Positions 28,928 to 32,377 of a DNA stretch of 32,377 nt are shown piece after piece. Numbering within the stretch: position 1 is the first letter of the stretch; each line of letters opens with the position of its first letter. The notes under the pieces are model-generated. The model was not told the origin of the DNA. It did no database searches and worked only from the letters and a program-made list of their open reading frames with translations. The position numbers and the translations under genes are program-made. Origin of the DNA: Alphaproteobacteria bacterium (GTDB taxonomy: Bacteria; Pseudomonadota; Alphaproteobacteria; Rhizobiales; Phreatobacteraceae); the NCBI GenBank assembly GCA_037143285.1, contig JBAWYY010000001.1:1-32377 (forward strand), read 5' to 3'.

Positions 28928-30241
28928 TCAGCGATAGATGCGGCGCAGCTGGCGTTCGGCGAGCTGCATCGCGCCGGCCTCGGTCTCGCGACCGGTGACG
29001 AAGCTTGCGAACATATCGAGCACCACGAAGTCGGCAATGGCTGTTGCCGCCTTCTCGTTCACCGGACCAAGGCCTGAGGCCGGCAGCGAACGCTTGGCGG
29101 CGTCGCGGAACGGCAGACGCTTGGGATCAGCCGTCCAGACCGGGTTGGTATCATAGGCGTTGAGCATGTGGGTGAGGTAGCCCTCGGCGGCATTGAGCCA
29201 GGGGTTATAGTTCTCGGCTTCCAGGATGAAGGCCATGAAGGCCTTGCAGGCATTGGGGAAGCGCGAATAGGTCATCGCCATGATCGGGAAGCACAGCTGG
29301 ATCTCAGCGGGCTTGCCGACCGGACCCACCGGCCAGAACGAATGGTCGGTATCGGCTGCGATCTCGCGCTGCTTCTCATCCGCCGAGATACGGGCGGCAG
29401 CATAGATCGAGATGCCGTTGGCGGTAAGGTGGCACTCGCCCGAGAGATAGGCGCGGTTGTTGTTGGAATCGTTCCACGACGCAGTGCCAGGGATGAAGGT
29501 GTCGTAGAGCTGTTTGGCGTAGCGAAGCGCCGCCGCCGTCTCCGGCGAATTGATGATGATGCGCTCGTTGGCATCGACCGTGTAGCCGCCATGGGACCAA
29601 AGCAGCCAATGGACGAAGGAATTGCCGTCGCCGGTCGCGCGTCCCAGCGCAAAGCCTGAGGGCTGATTGCGCGCTTTCAGCGCCTTGCAGAGCTCCAGGA
29701 AGCCTGCGGTATCCTTCGGCACTTCATTGAAGCCCGCCGCCTTCACCGAGGAGATGCGATAGTTGATATAGCCGCCATTGACCGCCACCGGCACCGAAAT
29801 CCACTTCGGCCCGACTTTGCCATAGGACTCGGCCAGCGGCACCCAACCGCCATATTTGCCGCCGAGATAGGTCGCGACATCGGTGACATCGACGCAGCGC
29901 TGCGGGAACAGATGGGGCAGCGAATAGAGACCCCAGAACATGTCTGGACCCGAGCCGGTGTTCGCGGCAACGGAAGCCTTGGGCTGAACGTCGTCGAAGC
30001 TCTCGCTCGACACGTTCACGCGCACGCCGGTCGCCTGGGTGAAGGCGGCGACCATGCGGTTAAACTGTTCGTCTTCGGCAACCACAAACCGCCGCCAGCG
30101 CAGCAGGCTGATGGCAGCACCGGCCTCCGGCCTGAAAGGCGAGGCCTGCGCCCAGGCCTTGGCCCATTCGGTGAGACCGGTAGCAGACAGGGCGCCAACG
30201 GCAGACGCGCCTTTAACGAGGGAACGACGAGTAATGGACAT
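28928..30241 (-). CDS. Carbohydrate ABC transporter substrate-binding protein with Tat signal
   Basis: SITRRSLVK twin-arginine signal ending AWA|Q; F.QATGVRV, GSGPD, CUT1-type length of 437 aa. Confidence 0.9.
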   Translation of the reverse strand: MSITRRSLVKGASAVGALSATGLTEWAKAWAQASPFRPEAGAAISLLRWRRFVVAEDEQFNRMVAAFTQATGVRVNVSSESFDDVQPKASVAANTGSGPDMFWGLYSLPHLFPQRCVDVTDVATYLGGKYGGWVPLAESYGKVGPKWISVPVAVNGGYINYRISSVKAAGFNEVPKDTAGFLELCKALKARNQPSGFALGRATGDGNSFVHWLLWSHGGYTVDANERIIINSPETAAALRYAKQLYDTFIPGTASWNDSNNNRAYLSGECHLTANGISIYAAARISADEKQREIAADTDHSFWPVGPVGKPAEIQLCFPIMAMTYSRFPNACKAFMAFILEAENYNPWLNAAEGYLTHMLNAYDTNPVWTADPKRLPFRDAAKRSLPASGLGPVNEKAATAIADFVVLDMFASFVTGRETEAGAMQLAERQLRRIYR

Positions 30242-30342
30242 GGGCTTCCTCCGGTGGACCGGTGCCCGTTTCTCGGGCTTTCCGGGTGGTTAAATCGACA
30301 ACCCGCGAGAGAGTCCCGCAAGCTGGATGCTGGACATACGCC

Positions 30343-31407
30343 TCAGCGGGCGATCAGGCTCTTGCCGGTTTCGGCGTCGAACAGATGGCTCACACGCCGA
30401 TCCGGCCCGAGCTTCACCTTGTCGCCCGGCTTGAAATCATGACGCTCGCGGAACACGGCGATGATCTCTTGGCCGCCCATCTTGGCCGCAACCTGGATTT
30501 CAGAGCCCGTGGGCTCCACCACCATGATCTCGGCCTCGCCCCCGTGCTCGGGATCGATGAGGAAATGTTCAGGACGGATGCCATAGACGACCGGGCGATC
30601 TGCGACTGCGCTCGGCGCCATACCGATGGGCAAGCGGAAGCCGCCATCCCCTAAGAACGATCCGTTATCGATCCGGCCTTTGAGGAAATTCATCGCCGGC
30701 GAGCCGATAAAGCCGGCCACGAACATATTGGTCGGCCGGTCATAGAGTTCGAGCGGTGCGCCCATTTGCTCGACGATGCCGTCATGCATCACCACGATCT
30801 TGTCGGCCATGGTCATGGCTTCGATCTGGTCGTGGGTGACATAAACCGTTGTGGTCCGCAGCCGCTGGTGCAGCTCCTTGATCTCGGTGCGCATGGCGAC
30901 ACGCAATTTGGCGTCCAGGTTCGACAAGGGCTCGTCGAACAGGAACACCTGGGGGTCGCGGACAATGGCGCGGCCCATGGCCACACGCTGGCGCTGACCA
31001 CCGGAGAGCTGACGCGGATAGCGCTCCAGCAAGGCGCCGAGGTTCAAGATCTCGGCGGCACGCTTCACCTTGGTCTCGATTTCCGACTTAGGCGCATTCC
31101 GGAGCTTCAGCGAGAAGCCCATATTGTCGGCCACCGTCATGTGCGGATAGAGCGCGTAGTTCTGGAACACCATGGCGATGTCCCGCTCTTTCGGCGGCAC
31201 ATTGTTGACCACGCGGTCGCCGATGAGAATCTCGCCCGCCGTGATGTTTTCCAATCCCGCGATCATGCGGAGCAGCGTCGACTTGCCGCAGCCCGACGGC
31301 CCGACTAGGACGACGAACTCGCCATCCTCAATAGGTACCGAAACACCGTGAATGATCTGAGTCGCGCCGAAGGCCTTCCGCACATTGCGGATCTCGACCG
31401 ATGCCAT
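30343..31407 (-). CDS. Sugar ABC transporter ATP-binding subunit (MalK/UgpC-like)
   Basis: GPSGCGKST, VFQNYALYPH, LSGGQRQR, FLFDEPLSNLD, YVTHDQ, C-terminal TOBE. Start MASVEIRN at 31407 after a GGGAGGA RBS. Confidence 0.95.
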   Translation of the reverse strand: MASVEIRNVRKAFGATQIIHGVSVPIEDGEFVVLVGPSGCGKSTLLRMIAGLENITAGEILIGDRVVNNVPPKERDIAMVFQNYALYPHMTVADNMGFSLKLRNAPKSEIETKVKRAAEILNLGALLERYPRQLSGGQRQRVAMGRAIVRDPQVFLFDEPLSNLDAKLRVAMRTEIKELHQRLRTTTVYVTHDQIEAMTMADKIVVMHDGIVEQMGAPLELYDRPTNMFVAGFIGSPAMNFLKGRIDNGSFLGDGGFRLPIGMAPSAVADRPVVYGIRPEHFLIDPEHGGEAEIMVVEPTGSEIQVAAKMGGQEIIAVFRERHDFKPGDKVKLGPDRRVSHLFDAETGKSLIAR

Positions 31408-31572
31408 TGATAATCCTCCCTGGACCGAAGTCCTGCGGTCCACACCGGACCCCTTGACCGGGGCTCTCCCATCCGGTCCAAAGAGAACCCGATGGTCGTG
31501 CAAACACGTTGAAGTTAGCATGACATGGCATCAGGTGAAATCAAGAGCGACGTTTGCGGAGCTCATCCTCAC

Positions 31573-31586
31573 TTCAATCGATTGAA
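31573..31586. promoter_or_regulatory. Candidate operator palindrome in the divergent ABC/dehydrogenase promoter region
   Basis: Perfect AT-rich 14-bp palindrome TTCAATCGATTGAA. Confidence 0.45.
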
Positions 31587-31681
31587 ATTGAAGCGATCGG
31601 CGATCACCCTGATTTCGAGTACCGCGCCCGGCCAATCGACCGGGTAGACCAACGTGACGGCAAGCAAGAATAGGGACTGAC

Positions 31682-32377
31682 ATGGCGAAGCCAGAGCTGG
31701 TGATTAGCGCACCGATGATGCCGATGATCATGGACGCCCTGCCGGCGACCTTCACCGTCCATCGCTTGTGGGAGGCGCCCGACCGCGCAGCCTTCATGCG
31801 CGATGTGGCCCCGCGCATCACGGCGATCGCCACCGCCAATCACTTCCGCTCGGATGCGGCCTTCATGAGCCAATTCCCGGCCGTCAAAATCATCTCAAGT
31901 TTCGGCGTCGGCTATGATTCGGTCGATGCTGATTGGGCCGGGAAACACGGGATCGTCGTCACCAACACGCCAGACGTGCTGAACGAGGAAGTGGCTGATA
32001 CCGCCCTTGGCTTGCTTCTCTGCACCGTGCGCGAATTCCCGCAAAACGACCGCTATCTGCGTGCCGGCAAATGGCTCGATAAGCCCTATCCGCTCACTGC
32101 CACGCTACGTGACCGCACCGTTGGCATCCTCGGCCTCGGCCGGATCGGCAAGGCCATTGCCAAGCGCCTGGACGCCTTCGGCGTGCCGGTGGTCTATCAC
32201 GGCCGCACCGAGCAGAAAGATGTTGCCTATCGCTATTTCCCGCCGCTTAAGGGCATGGCAGAAGCCGTCAATGTGCTCTTGATCGTCGCGCCCGGCGGCG
32301 CCTCCACCAACAAGATCGTCAATGCCGAGGCGCTGAAAGCGCTTGGACCCGACGGCATCGTCATCAATGTCGGACGC
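31682..32377 (+). CDS. D-2-hydroxyacid dehydrogenase (GhrB/2-ketogluconate reductase-like), partial, runs off the right edge; not in the ORF track
   Basis: Manual translation MAKPELVISAPMM...SSFGVGYDSVD...VTNTPDVLNEEVAD...TVGILGLGRIGKAIAKRL...VINVGR; open to the window end. Confidence 0.92.
   Translation, partial: MAKPELVISAPMMPMIMDALPATFTVHRLWEAPDRAAFMRDVAPRITAIATANHFRSDAAFMSQFPAVKIISSFGVGYDSVDADWAGKHGIVVTNTPDVLNEEVADTALGLLLCTVREFPQNDRYLRAGKWLDKPYPLTATLRDRTVGILGLGRIGKAIAKRLDAFGVPVVYHGRTEQKDVAYRYFPPLKGMAEAVNVLLIVAPGGASTNKIVNAEALKALGPDGIVINVGR

Noticed and set aside
31604-31873. His-containing minus-strand ORFs of 89-102 aa
   Set aside because: Antisense to the 2-hydroxyacid dehydrogenase and its promoter.

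Overview
High-GC alphaproteobacterial (Hyphomicrobiales/Rhizobiales-like) chromosomal segment, densely coding and mostly core or housekeeping. Left to right it holds: a partial YkuD/L,D-transpeptidase-family gene divergent from a CenR/OtpR-like OmpR response regulator and a stand-alone cNMP-binding protein; a minus-strand run of an M48 metalloprotease lipoprotein, a degenerate SNase/OB-fold protein, acs, a CaiB/BaiF CoA-transferase and an orphan chemoreceptor; a DUF6065-like gene, pheS and pheT; an Omp25/RopB-family beta-barrel; the pbpC + bacterial alpha-2-macroglobulin pair; MOSC and VOC proteins; etfB-etfA-hbd; a carbohydrate (CUT1) ABC importer with a Tat-exported binding protein; and a partial D-2-hydroxyacid dehydrogenase. 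I see no mobile element, CRISPR array, rRNA or tRNA, and no unambiguous new multi-gene system. The best leads are a catalytically degenerate SNase-OB protein coupled to an M48/LysM protease, a KTG-to-KAG change in the PBP1C transpeptidase site, a DUF6065 gene with CtrA-like boxes where rplT normally precedes pheS, and a cenR/cNMP-protein/signal-less YkuD cassette. All calls come from reading motifs by eye; no searches were run.
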